Positions 14,101-32,041 of a stretch of 64,000 nucleotides of DNA are shown here, in pieces. The translations under genes were made by a program, and so were the position numbers. The stretch is from the NCBI GenBank assembly GCA_051362555.1, contig CM120641.1, positions 29,766,401 to 29,830,400 on the forward strand, in the 5' to 3' direction. Positions within the stretch are counted from its first letter, which is position 1; every line of letters starts with the position of its first letter. Below the pieces are notes generated by a model. That model had not been told where the DNA came from. It searched no databases and worked only from the letters and a program-made list of their open reading frames with translations. Source of the stretch: Lingula anatina. Taxonomy: Eukaryota > Animalia > Brachiopoda.

Positions 14101-14920
14101 TAAAAAATTACTAGAAAAAATTGTTCAAATTCTCAAAATGGCATGTACTTTCAGTAATAAAATCAGACTAGTAAATTGTCATTAAAGCTTTCTTTCAGCC
14201 CCCCTTTTCAAAGACAAATACAATGACCACACCTGTGAAGATCATATCTGTTTTAGTTCTATTTGCTACAATGACACCAACTGATAAGATCACTTTCTTC
14301 CCATGAAACCACCTCAAAGGGCTCTATGATTGTTTGAGGATCCAGGTAAGTTCTGTTCAATCGCTGTCAGTGGACAGATTCATCCGATAACAAAGCCATT
14401 GGAACTTCTTACCTGAAAAACAATCAGAACTGTAACTGCAGCTCATATAATTACAGTGTAAGAGAGGTGCATTTCAATCACTGATAAAATCGGCATCAAT
14501 GCTAGAAAAGGTCCTTGATGGCCATTTCCTGACACTAAATACCTATGTTGATATAATTAAACAGTTGTCAAGTTTAATTATCTACTGGTGTGAGAGATAC
14601 AGACGATCAAAGTTGATCATTTTAACATGGGGAGTAATGGAGCTTACAGATTGTTTTACCCTAGTCCGGGCGTGGCGGCCATCTTGTGACGTCATGCCGA
14701 CTGTAAGAATTTGGTGTGCATTTAGTATTTACAGTGAGTCTTCTGTTGCATTTATTTTTGCTTTGCCCATTTATGCTTTGCCCATAACGCAAACCAAATC
14801 CCCTAATTCAAGGTTATATCTTACTCTTTTTGTAGCAATCACGCTCGTGGATCGAAATGACCATGTGTCTGCACATCTATAATGCTTGAGGATGTGCAGT
14901 GCCCTGCACGTCGAAGCCAT
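2291..14920 (-). CDS. BCKDHA: Branched-chain alpha-keto acid dehydrogenase E1 alpha subunit, mitochondrial (9 coding exon positions, ~452 aa; exon 4 present as two alternative copies)
   Basis: Coding exons in transcript order: 14825-14920 ([32 protein letters not shown], transit-peptide-like, least certain), 11321-11524 (..[17 protein letters not shown]), 9961-10156 ([26 protein letters not shown]), 8114-8275 or 7181-7342, 5754-5898 ([16 protein letters not shown] motif), 4807-4868 ([11 protein letters not shown]), 3391-3532, 2926-3097 (GHHSTSDDS phosphorylation loop), 2291-2470. All junctions are GT-AG with matching phases; CDS is 1359 nt. Confidence 0.96.
3682..3721. repeat. (AAT)n microsatellite
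   Basis: Direct reading. Confidence 0.95.
4166..4508. mobile_element. Non-autonomous TTAA-targeting DNA element (Kolobok-like), copy 1
   Basis: ttaa|agggataataactcttcgt ... acgaagagttattatccct|ttaa; internal sequence shared with 45953-46300 and 35641-36008. Confidence 0.8.
6125..6292. mobile_element. MITE family A (CAGGGGCGGA TIR, 5-bp TSD)
   Basis: caggggcgga...tccgcccctg flanked by atgat/atggt. Confidence 0.78.
7032..7095. repeat. Poly(A) followed by (AT)n microsatellite
   Basis: Direct reading. Confidence 0.95.
7181..7342 (-). CDS. BCKDHA: BCKDHA alternative exon 4b (162 nt, phase 1-1): [54 protein letters not shown]
   Basis: Lies within ORF 7110..7463; acceptor ccaccaag|, donor CAGG|gtaagc. 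Confidence 0.92.
8114..8275 (-). CDS. BCKDHA: BCKDHA alternative exon 4a (162 nt, phase 1-1): [54 protein letters not shown]
   Basis: Hand translation of the reverse complement gives an open frame with acceptor ttaacag| and donor CAAG|gttaag. Same length and phase as exon 4b. Not in the ORF track. Confidence 0.85.
11053..11107. repeat. (AAAT)n microsatellite
   Basis: Direct reading. Confidence 0.95.
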
Positions 14921-15316
14921 TATCATCAACACGGGTACTACGTCATGAAAGGTGTTGTTACTGTTGGTTGTCAATTTGTCTTGTCTTGGTAAACGTAGAT
15001 TTTGCTGCCATCTATTAGTGGCAAGATCTCGAATAATGGTGACGTTTGTTACAAATCTGGGAAAATATTTCACACAAAAAAGCTGTCATTTCGATATTGA
15101 ATTTTAAGTTGGAGAGTGTTGTAAAAACTCTGGCGATTGTCTGGTAGAGCTCTGCAAGTACTGTTAAACTCACGGAAAATGTCAAATGTTACCTAGATCT
15201 AGAAGTCGGAAGAGATTTGGGAAGGAAAACAAATGAACTGTATTGACGCTGCGGCAGCTTTGTCATATTTATTTAGAATTCTTAGCAGCGTGTTGAACCG
15301 GTGTCTGACATAAATA
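14921..15316. promoter_or_regulatory. Probable bidirectional promoter and 5'UTRs of BCKDHA and DESI2
   Basis: Only 396 bp separate the divergent start codons at 14920 (-) and 15317 (+); CpG is locally more frequent than in the introns. Confidence 0.65.
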
Positions 15317-20277
<4,961 letters not shown>

Positions 20278-21478
20278 CAATACACACAGTACCTCAGCTA
20301 ATATAGCGTTAGTATTGCAGTCAAAACCTTTTATAAGACTGGTTTGAAGTGATTTGCTATGTGTCACACAATGGAATCTATTTTACAGATATGGGATGTG
20401 TATTAGCCTCTCCCTGTGCAGAGAATGGGTTGAAATGGAGAGATTGCTGTGCCTCAGACAATCGAGTTCCTGGTGATTAAATGATGTGTTTAAGAGTCAC
20501 AACAATAGTTATTTGAAGCTGGTTTGAATGGGGCTCAAAATAACCAGTTCCTAGTCACAGAACAGGATACTCTTTCTCAGCATGGTCTTTGAAGAAGGCA
20601 TCAACCTTTAACCTGCTGTTACAACCAAGACATCTGGTCATATCAATTTATCAAAGTCATCAAATCTATGTAGAGAAATAACAGCTGGCAGTGATCTTTG
20701 AGGTGGTCAAAAAAATATATTAATCATGTTTCATAGTACAAGTGATGGGTTGCCAACATTTACGTTCATTTCCCAAAATTGTATATCTGTTGTTTTATCA
20801 TGTTATTGTTTCAGTTAAAACACCTAATATTTACGAAGGGAATTCACAGCCTAAAATGTGTAGACTATTCATCACTAATGCTTAAATAGCAACCCAGGGA
20901 ATTTATGTGGAACATAGTATTGGGTTTTTCTAAATGATAGTTGATAGGTACAGGTAGGTTAGTTTAAAGATCCCCATCCCCGCATATTAAGCTCTGTTAT
21001 GCACCCATTGTGTTCACCTTCAGGTGGGTGTGAGCTGTTGCACCAGTTTATGTTTGCACTCCACTGAGCCAGTTTGAGATAATGGGAGGTTTACCATCAT
21101 TGCAGCTGTCGAAAAGTCACTGTGTAAAACTGTTGTTAAAGATGCTATAGCAGAATTTGATTTGAAAAGAAATAAGAAAGGGGATAGTCAAAATTATGTA
21201 GAATTTGTGAAATACATTCTACAGAATATTTATGCCATCAGCCTAAGCGGATGATAAATTTTTTAAATTACACGGCTGTTAAGGACAGTACTGAGAGTTC
21301 AAAAGGAAATGGGCAGTGTTTGAGCTGATAACATTTTGTTAAAAGCATGGTACAAAAATGAAGTAGGTGGTCAAAAGGAGAGGGAAATATTATAGTAAGC
21401 ATAAAGGCTTCAGTTGAATTTAGAAGAATTCAGTTGAGGTAGATATGGACCACAGATCAGGAAAAAAAAATGGGGCTA

Positions 21479-21770
21479 CTCTCTGGATCCTAATTGCCAT
21501 ACGATTTGGAATAGTAGTACAGTGTGACTGGATGTGATTGCGTATATGTCCTGAAATGCACTGCTGTCACAATCCAGAGTAAACACAGGGTGCTGCCATG
21601 ATGGATCTGGCTTGAGTGTTAAAATGGGTCAATATACGTATGTGGTGTACAAATAGGTCAGGGGAAACTTAGATTTTTAATAAGCGTAAAGTTTCGAATA
21701 AGGCCAGACAGTGTGGAATTTTTAGTCCAAATGAATGCCCGTACATGTATGGCAATTAGGAACCAGAGAG
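21479..21770. mobile_element. MITE with TA target duplication (Tc1/mariner superfamily-like)
   Basis: TA|ctctctggatcctaattgccatac ... gtatggcaattaggaaccagagag|TA. Confidence 0.75.
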
Positions 21771-24737
21771 TAATCAACATTTTAATGGATTTGCCTTTCC
21801 AACATTAAAATGTTAAAAAGTTTAGTGTTAAAAGAAATAAGTTAGCCTTCTTATTTAGTTTTAATTTATCATTTAAAATGATCTGCTTTTAAAGCATGTA
21901 AACCATTTTTCAGTGGAAAAAGAAAACTAGTATATTTATATGAGTAGCATCTTTATATGATATTTGTGGATCTGTAAGGAAATGCTCATTTTAACCCATA
22001 AATTCAAATGATGTTATATTTATTTTAGATATTACTACTGGTGCATAATAGTATGGTGTATATGTGAGGAAGAAGCTCAAGAATATTTAAATTTGTACAA
22101 GTAACTGTGACTGAAGTAGTTAGTCTGTGTTCAAACTGTTCTCAAATGTAATGAATCTGATTATCTTTTAACTATTTGAGCAAGCTATCACATAATTTAT
22201 AAAGCATTGAATATTAAGCTGAATTGAGGGGAAATCAGTATTGGGTTCCAGTTGCTTGTTTAGACTTTTTATTTGATTTCATTTTCAAAATTTACTAGTT
22301 TGGAAGATAAAGTTAAGCTAAAGGGGGTGCTAGTAGAACTTTGCATTTTTTTTTTCTCATAACGTGAGCCAGACCAAGTTGGATAAAGGTGACTCAAATA
22401 TAATCCAGATATGCTGTCAGGCCTCCTTGTCCTGGTTTTTACATGAAGCACTGGCTGTCATTAGTCTGTAGGGTTGTAGTTACAAATGGTGCTGCTTGAA
22501 CATGGTTTATACATGGATATCAACTTGAGAATGATGTTATCGGAACTACATGGATGTACATGTGAATTGATTCACGATGTATATACATGGTCATCAGTTC
22601 TTTTTTATCCTACTGTTGATCATGGTGATTTTTCAAGTGAAATAGCAGTTATTTGGTAGATTTTGTAAACTATTTGATACCAGGTGCTTGAAGATATTCA
22701 AATAATTTACTGAGTTTGATATATTTTCAACAATAAGTTCACTAACAATTTAAGGATTAAAGAAGTTTTTGGTAGAACTATCTAAAATTAAAGGATGAAT
22801 GGATGACAAAATATTTAGAAATAAATAAATATTGGGTAATTATGAAAGGCTGATACTCCACATTCAGACCGGACTATGTAGCTTTTTTAGTTTTCATGTT
22901 TTGAAAAAGAATTATATAAATATTAATTGGTTTCTTGCTATGTTGAGCTGACTAAATTTGAAATCTGGATTTACTACATAAAGCAGTCACAACAATAATT
23001 ATAATAAACTGCCAGTATATTTTAACATTTGAATCACATCTAAAGACTGCAATATGCATGTTATTTTATCCTTCGGGCAGAATTTTTAGCAAATACTAGC
23101 ATGCTCACAAAAAAGAAAATAAAAAGTTGTCAAAATATTTTGCCCTTCACAATTATTATTATTTTTTAATCTAAATTGCTAAGAAACATTTTTAAGGGAT
23201 TTCATACTGACACATCTTGCGACAGATCTAACCTATGCCTTGTATTTTTAACTTTCAATCCAGCATTTAGATTATTTTGGGGCCATCACTTTGGTATTTA
23301 CCATTTTTGATAAAGGCTTGTCAGGGCAAACTCTTCTTTGTTTACACATATAAAAGGTTTAATATTTAAGACTTTGAAGGCAAATATTTTTTGTTAAAAT
23401 CAAGTTTTAACTTTACAAAAGGAGGTTTCATATGGATGTTTATCAAATTAAAAGATTGCAGTGGACTTTGATTGGGATAAACTGATGCAATATATGGTTA
23501 AGATGTAGGCTACTTTCTTGAATGAATAGATATAATAAAATTGACATTGGTTTTCATGGAGAGGTGCATATGATTAAAATCTGTTTTATTGTAGTATTCT
23601 GTGCCAATAATTTACCCCAGTCATTAATAATTACAGAAACAATTGTTTCATTATTTCGCTACAAAATGAATAAATTCAGGTACTGCAACTTCACAGATCA
23701 TATTGTTTTCTATTTTCTGTTCTGTATGTTTTAATAATTTTGTAATGTATGATATATATATATATATAAGCATGGAATACAGAAATTCAGAGTCTGATAA
23801 AACGCAATATCTACGTATTTCTGGCACCAAACATGATATTAGCCTATGATGTGATCTATGTTTTTGGTCAATCAGAGTGAAGGAAACAACATAAAGATGA
23901 CTGTCCAATCAGAATAATTATTATTATTCATCTTATTATTATTATTATTCTTTTTATTATTGTATTATTAGTCCAAGTTTCACAATTAATTTTTTGAAAA
24001 CTTTAGAAAAGGGTATATTGCAACAATGTTCTTTTTGATATAACCTAACTCTATAAAAACACAGAAAAAGACCAGATACCATTTCAACACCCGTGATCTC
24101 ACCAGGAGTATCCAATTCGGGAACATAAATCCCGAGCTCTAAACTAGAAATCTTGAACTCACGCATTTGCATATATACAATGTTGCTGCAATTCCGTTCC
24201 ATGACTTGATAATGCACCTGAAGTACCGCCAGGTTTTCTCCTAGGCATTATATCCTTGCATCACTTGTGGATGTTTGAAATTGAATACCAATTGCCGGAC
24301 TTCACTTTTGAGGGAGGAACTGTCGTATGCTGATGGAAAAGTACTTTTTTTGATCGGGTACGTACGGATAAAATTTAGTCCCAAAATATTACACGTCCCT
24401 ATAATCCCGTTACCGATAGATACATAAAGGAAAAACTGAAAAAACGTCTTTTTAGATTTAAATACCGATAGATCCGATTTTTTACTGCTGTCCAATATAT
24501 TTGCGTTCCTATAGATACGACGTCCTCATAAACCCACGTCCTTTAAATCCACATACCTATAGATCCACGTATTTTGAGATCCAAATACCGATAGATCCAT
24601 TACAGGTATGCTTTTGCTCAAAATGGTTGGTATACTACTCAGTACATAAAATGCACTTCTTTAAAACGACAGTACACATATAAATCCTTTCAGCAATATA
24701 TTATTCTACTAGATCGTTTTCACACAATACTCAGTGA

Positions 24738-25035
24738 AAGAACATAAAAAGAACAAAAATGTGTTCTATATTTCACAACGCTTACTGTTCTAGCGTCAGA
24801 ACACTGTTTAATGCGTTCTCAAAATGTAACATTCGAACACGTAAAAAGTGTTCTGAATTTACATGTAAATGCACGTGTTCTAACAAAACAAAACAAAAAA
24901 AGAACATAAAAATGTGTTCTATATTTCACAACACTCAGTGCTCTGGTGCCAGAACACTGTTTAAAGCGTTCTCAAAATGTAATATTTGCACACTTAAAAT
25001 GTGTTCTGTTTCATGTTTACGACGCGTTCCCGAAC
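24738..25035. repeat. Tandem duplication of a ~140-bp unit
   Basis: aaaaatgtgttctatatttcacaac..cagaacactgtttaa.gcgttctcaaaatgtaa occurs twice. Confidence 0.85.
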
Positions 25036-25657
25036 TTTAGAGTGTGATAGACGTGTAGACGCGAACGTACATGTATGTCCTGTTTGAACACCTAATAAAT
25101 ATATAAATACATAAATAAATTTATAAATAATAAATATCAGGTTGTAATTAAGTCAGATCACTAAGTGGATCAGTATATTTTATTGGGACGTTTATCTATA
25201 TGGCGGACCCCTTTTGATCAACCTGGCCAACATGGGATATAAAACAACATCTCCAACGTCTAAAACTCGTGTTTAAGTCAGTTTTGTGTGGTGCCATTTA
25301 GGTGTTCGCTAGGAAAATTATAGAATACTACGTGAAATATATATATAGCCCAGGCATTCCATGATGTACTCCGGTAAGCAATGCAATTTCACCATGTAAT
25401 ATTTTGTTCTGACAGTTTTAACAGAATATAACTTGACCAGAATTGTATGAACATCTTTTAATCTGATTTCTGTTGCCTCTGTTTCCAGCCCCTTTCTGTG
25501 AGTGTAGATAGAAGCCTCCTTGGAAACGAGGCTTGAACTAGTAGTAAAGGAATAATGTTCACTAAACCAGCTCTGGGCTGATGTAACCGGTGTAAGTCAG
25601 TTGTCACGTGATTGTCTGCAATCCTTTGAAAACACGCGTGTGGTATCCTTTCGAAAA

Positions 25658-27672
25658 ATGGGCGTCCACGGACTCCTGACATACTGCCTTGGTCATTCTG
25701 AAACTACACACTATTTGGACTTGGTTGAGATAGCCCGTGAAAAAAATGGAATTGAAATCCTTGTGGATTACCTCGCTTTCCGAGCTTTTGTAGTAGGAGC
25801 AATTCACAAGGTTCTTGCACTGCAGCAATCAAATCAATTTATTGGGATTTTAGGGGGCGAATATGCGGTCTACGACCAGTACTTCGTAGACTTGATAAAA
25901 ATTCTCAAAGTAAAGGGAATTAACCTAGTGTTTTTCGTTGATGGATGCAGGGGCACTGGGCGCAACACTTCCAGGTATAAATTCTCGACATGGAGGTCGA
26001 GATCTGTAAAATCTATCCAGTATCTTCAAGATATATCTGATGTCTGCAAAGGCGAAAAGCACCTGCAAGACCTGGAGGATCACTTTGTACCCCCGACCCT
26101 GGTGGATGTGCAGATTCTGCAAACATTATCAAAAGCGGGTGCCACAGTTGTAAACTGTTGCCACGGAGAGGCGGACACCGTCCTTGCGAAGCAATTGCAT
26201 TTACGGTAAGAGGAAACTTTTCAGTTTTAGAAACGTGAAAAATAGTTTCCTGCAGTGTCCACAAATTATTTTTTGATTAAGCTACAAACTTAAAATTTGA
26301 TAAACAGATGAGTAAAGGGCTACAGAGACCTATATGAGTTTGAAAAAACTTTTAAGCCTGTGTCATCCGAGTGGTGATTTCACGGCCAAATTTCATTTTA
26401 GAAAGTTCCACATTGAAATGAAGTTATGTCCATGATTGGGAAAATCATTGTTCAGATGCCTCAGTTATAATAATATTACATGAAACTGTAAGGGTATTTT
26501 ATTTATTGGAAAGAGCTGTAACCAAGTTTTAAAGGATGTTTTCAGTTTTTAAGTATTGAATAACTTTAATCATGGCTTCACATCCCTATTTAAGTAAAAT
26601 CGGTCTAAGTTTAATTGTGTTAAACATTACTGGTGAATGTGTCTCAATTGGCTTTAATATATCTTGCTATAGGAATCACTTTAAGTGTAACAGTACGTCT
26701 AGAGAATACTTTGTATTGTCATTATATAGAGATTAGAGATCAGAGTAAGTTTGGTCAGTCAAGCCAACAGCTGGATTGTCCATGCTGTTTTAGGAGACTC
26801 TCAGCTGAACAGATGATCCACCGTCCAACTGGTCCGCGGTTCAACTATGGCCAACCCATGTATAACAGCACATTTTGGTAAGACCTGCTCTGACTGATTA
26901 AGGTGACAGCAGAGCCAAAAGAAGACTGGTTAATTTAAAGCCCACAGACACACTGCAGAATATATGCGCCATACAGCAAATATTTGCACATTCTGATTTC
27001 AAACTTAAAAGCTTTTAATTAATTTTTTTACAGTCCTAAAGCTTTTGCAGTGCTGAGTAATGATGGGGATTTCTGTGTTATGAAGAGGTGCACATTTATA
27101 CCTCTGCAGCTGTTTGATCTGGAAGGATATCTGAGGCCAAATTATAAAACTCTGTATCCCAGGGAAATAACCAGTTTGATTGTTGGTATAATAACTCCAC
27201 AAAGAGTTGTCAAAACTTTGAAGGTAATGTTTATAATAGAATTCTTACGTGGAAAAATGTGGATATTTCGTTGCATTTTGTTCCAAATAATTTATCATTT
27301 ATTTATGGTTAAAACTTGCAATGTACATTTAAGTAGTAGTAATTGCTTAAAAAGAAAAAAAATGAAATATTCAAATATTATTCACCAAAGAAAAATATAA
27401 TTCTGTGCACTTTTTATTTAAAAATTATGTCTGTCTTATTGTTTTTAGCTTCCAAACCTTGGTGCCTTGGTGGACCTAGCCATCATACAAGGCAATGACT
27501 TTACATCATCATTTATGAGCAATCTGGGTGTGTTGAGGAGTAAATTGAGCATTGGTCATGTCAGCCTGGAGACAATAGCCCAGTGGTTGAGATGGGGTGG
27601 CAGTGTGGAGAAAAATGAAGGACTGAGAGAAGATATGGTAAATGCATGTGTATTTACTATGTTACTTTATAG

Positions 27673-27718
<46 letters not shown>

Positions 27719-30700
27719 TCAGAGCTGATTTGGACCAGCTTCCATCCTTTTTAATTTTTGTATGTATGCATATCACCATCTGCATTTCATTGAAAAGTGT
27801 TTGATTGACTCTGAGGCTTAGCTAATCATGAGTATATTGATCATACTGCTACATCACATGTCATTCTGTGGAACCGTGCAGATAACTTAAGCCCCATTCA
27901 CACACAGCATGGCAATGTGTACAGTGTATACTTTTGACTGTATTTCAAACAAGTGCCATTTGGATACACAACAGTATCAGATTAAGTTTTTCACAACATG
28001 TATGCAGTTTTTACATTTTTCCACTGGACATTTGGACCAGCATGCATATCAATTAGCAGTAATTTTACCAGTCTGATACCAAAAGGGAAACTGCACGTTG
28101 GGCAACGTCCATGGCCTGAGACTTTTCAGAATCACTATACTTGCTTGAATTGTAGCAAATTCTCAGGGCACTTTCCTTAAAAGAATAGAAGTGAATATTT
28201 TATATATTTCAGTCTTGGGGAGTATAATGCTGAAATGTGCCCACATTTTACAGTGGCACTGGTTTTATCTTATAAAGTTTTCAAATTTACCTCTCCTTAT
28301 AAGTCAATGTTTAAAAACTTTTTAGAGAACAAATTCAAGTTTCCGTGAGGCAGTTCATTATACCAAGAACTTCTACAATCTGACTATGCCCCCAGACGGA
28401 GCGTGTTATCCTCAGACTCCATTGTCTGTTTTCTTGGAAAGCCAGGTGATTGCATTTTTGTAATTCCAATTAAGAATTATTTAAAAAATTTTAATTATGT
28501 AAAATATTAACATCAATTTTGACATCAGTTATTTGAAAAATATTGCCACTTCAGCCTCTTGTTTTATACATATTTTTATCAAAAACCTAAGTATATGCAA
28601 GTATCTCAGCAGATGATCAAATTGTTTCTTTAACCATGTCTTCAACTATTTAACTTCAAGGTACGTAATGGCCATCTGCCCAGTTCCGTACTAGCCATGC
28701 ATGGCAAGGTATATTGGCATCACTCTGTACTGGAAGACATACAGGGACCAAGCATTGAGATGTGCATGTTGGGACTGAGACGCATCATCTACAGAATGGT
28801 ACTGCCCAGTGGTCAAGTGGCTGTCCTGGAATATGGAAGAGTGCTGAGCCCTCAGTTTCAGGAGATAGAGGTTGAGTAGAACATAGAAAAGCCAGGCCCG
28901 TAGCCAGGGGGGTTTTGGGGGGTTCGAAAGAACCGCCCCTTTTGTCAAGAAAATGTCCATTTTGGGTAAAATTTGATCTAGGTACACATAAGTTTCATTG
29001 TAAAAGGTCCACTTTTTCAGAAAAAGAACCCCCCTTGTGAATTTGCTGGCTACGGGCCTGAAAGCTGTTGATTATATGGTACATCGGAAACAGGAGGATG
29101 GGCGTTAGATGTAGTCTGTTAATCTGATTGCATTCAGCAAGTGTCCCAGTGGAGTTAGTGTGCATGAGCTAGGTCGCCAAAATTCATTGTGAGCACTAGC
29201 TCCATATAACAGATGAGATAGATTAAAGTTATAATTAAAGCTATATGTTTTATAAAAGTTTGATCATGGCTTAATCATACATAATATTGCCAGTATTAAA
29301 TGAACTGTTGTGTTCATTGATAATAACTTAGGGACCATTCCCACAGATATTTGATCGATCTATCTCCCTGGGGAGTCTCACTAAATTGCTATCAACTTAA
29401 CTGGCTTAAATGTCAGTCACGCCTAGTAAGCTGTTAGGGAGTAATTATCTTTACACTCTAGCTGATTCAGTAGGCATGACAGACATTTAAGCCGGCAAGT
29501 TGAAAGCAATTTAGTGAGACTCCTAAGGGAGTTAGACCTAAAGATGGATCGATCTAGGCCTGGGAACCCAGACTTAAATATGAAAAGTATGCTGAGATGG
29601 TAGTGCGTATTGATTGGTTGGAAAACCAGAATATGTTGTGAAGATAGATGCACCATAGTGTACCTGCTGTTGTGAAAAATAATGCTTGTTTGAAATAAAT
29701 TAATCTGCTTTGAACTGTTTGGCACCCCACAATAATTGTCATTTTTGTTGCTTTGTAAATTGGTGATATATCATATTGCAATGTATCTTCTGAACTAAGT
29801 AAGATATTATTATGAAAATTGGCATGGTTGATGACTGTAGGGTGTGAATCACAATCTGATACCCATGTTTGATTTTTATTGGAATTGTTAGGAGATATGA
29901 CCCCCTAATTGTGATGTTCCATTATTCCGTCTCCTTACTGATAATAAAATCATGAGAATTTCCTGGTGCCATGTTGTAGTACTTACTGTTGTGATTAAAT
30001 AGGTGTGAAAATGGCTGGGGGGGGGGGGGGAGATCTGTTTGAAAGCAATGTTACGTAGTTTTCATCCCCAAAATGCTCTTGTTACATCATCAGCTTGCAT
30101 AAGCAAATTCACCCCCAATGTATTTTTGATGCAACAGATATGTCTCATGATAGACAAGTTTGTTTTTTGCAATATCTAAGCAGATAAGATAAAAAAATCT
30201 TGACGTGAGAATCTCCCTAAAATTGGGAATATATTTCATTTTGCTTTCTTTTTCTAGGTGACAGCTGCTTTGAATATCAACTACTTGAGGGCAGATAAAG
30301 TCATCCACTGCAACACTGATGACAAATTCAAACTATTTCACCATATTATGACCCACATGGAAAGTGAGTAGAAAGCTAGACTGTCAGTGTTTTTAACATA
30401 CAGATTAATTTGTTTAATCAGTTTGCTGACATAAGCTTATTTTTGCATTTTTTTATATTATTTGTGCACTGCACTGCTGAAGTCTGTCACTGTCAAATAT
30501 TTGAAAGTTAGTTCTCTAGGATATTAGAAGTAGTGATGAATACGTATTTAAATTTCATTATAGGTGAAAGCAAGTTTGAGAGTTTCTTTCAACACTTCGG
30601 TCAAAGAGAAGGCTTCATTTGCTATGTTTTGCGATACATTTTGTTGTTGGACACAGTTATAACTCCAAGCTTGGATCTACGCTGCTCAGAGTTTGATGCA

Positions 30701-31460
30701 CTGTTCGCTGCAGTGTTTTGTCTCTTGTCACATCAGAACATTAGTTTTACAGGTGCTCCTATTTGTATTAGACCCAGCATCAGATGTATCACAGTGGCCA
30801 ATTGGTTTCAGGTACTTATCCTTCCCTTTCAAAGAAAAAATATGCATCCTTCCTGTTTCCTTCTGTCAGTGATCATTATTTTAATTAATTAGTAAAAATA
30901 ATTTCGAATTACCATTATGGTTTAAAAACATTCATATAATATGTTCGTTTATTTCTCTTACTTTTTCAGATGACTGATATTATACTGCTTCCATTTCAGA
31001 CAGTGTATCTCTATGCATACAACTTTATTGGTCGACTGTTAAATATGGCGGAGGAATTCCCTCAGCCATTAGAAGTCTTCAGTGGCATAGTGTTCACAAA
31101 TTTTTACATGGCTTTAAACAAAAAAGGTCATTTTTAAATTTGTAAAAAAAAATTTTGAAAAATTTCCATCACACAGAACTTTGATCATTAATCAGCCATT
31201 AACAAATTATTAAGCTTAACTGCAGATGCTGCTTCGACATCACTCCTGAGCAATAACTGTCATGTTGATAAGAAATTCTAGGTCCCATTATTTATGCCTG
31301 ATGTGTAATAAACGTTGTAATTTTGACAATTTCTACACTTTCTATTTCAGGGACAAAACATCTGCTCCCAGGAGTTGTTGAAAAGATAGATTATGAAAAG
31401 AAAGAGATTCTGGCAGCTCATTTTGACAAGCATGCTGCCATTACACAAGGTTTAGTTTGA
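25658..31460 (+). CDS. Asteroid/FAM120-family PIN (XPG/FEN1-like) domain protein (9 exons, ~615 aa)
   Basis: Exons 25658-26205, 27034-27223, 27449-27637, 28326-28445, 28661-28870, 30258-30363, 30564-30811, 31000-31126, 31351-31460; phases consistent. Motifs MGVHGL, LVDY, GGEY, FVDG, GEAD, VLSNDGDF, QGNDF and an asteroid-like C-terminal segment (ANWFQ..LL..PQP..FSG). Exact orthology and the true last exon are uncertain. Confidence 0.85.
28893..29060. mobile_element. MITE family B (CAGGCCCGTAGCCAG TIR, 5-bp TSD)
   Basis: aaagc|caggcccgtagccag...ctggctacgggcctg|aaagc. Confidence 0.85.
29329..29577. mobile_element. Fold-back (largely palindromic) MITE family C
   Basis: Arms gagtctcactaaattgctatcaactt..ggcttaaatgtc / gacatttaagcc..aagttgaaagcaatttagtgagactc; second copy at 44203-44463. 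Confidence 0.72.
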
Positions 31461-31896
31461 ATGATCTATGAGGTTAGATGGCAACTTGTAAAACCTCGAT
31501 GTTAAAATGAAGTCTGAACATTTTTTAAAGAATTTGATGCAAATAATTAACTGGAAGTGAAACAGTTGATAAAAGATTTGAAGCAATGTTCCACAGGACT
31601 TTTTTTTTTGGGGGGGGGGGAACTTCAATGCATCAAAATAACAGTTGTTTCTGTTAAGAGATCTTTGCTGGAATATGAAAAAGAAAATCTGTGAAGAGTA
31701 GTTTAACTTTTAAAAGCCCTATTCAATTAGTTTTTATGTTTTCACAAGCGTGATAACATTAATTTAATTATGATATGATCTTTTTTAACTGTAATGTATG
31801 TTTTTCAACCTGCTTTTGTCTGACTGTGGAATTCCTTTCATGGGTTTCCTGGAAATGTTTAAGTTAGATTTAAGTGTTTATTTACAGTTTTATCAA

Positions 31897-32041
31897 CACT
31901 ATAGTTATTGACAGTTTTATCAATACTATAGTTTTTGTTTATCTATTAATTATAAGCACTTGGTCTGCACTATAGTTATTGAAAGTTTTATCTATACTAT
32001 AGTTCTTGTTTATCTATTAATTATAAGCACTTGGTCTGCAC
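31897..32041. repeat. Tandem duplication of a ~70-bp unit
   Basis: cactatagttattga.agttttatc..tactatagtt.ttgtttatctattaattataagcacttggtctgcac occurs twice. Confidence 0.85.

Noticed and set aside
14499-15073. 127-aa plus-strand and 100-aa minus-strand ORFs at the promoter
   Set aside because: The minus ORF merely contains BCKDHA exon 1; the plus ORF has no recognisable domain and overlaps it antisense.
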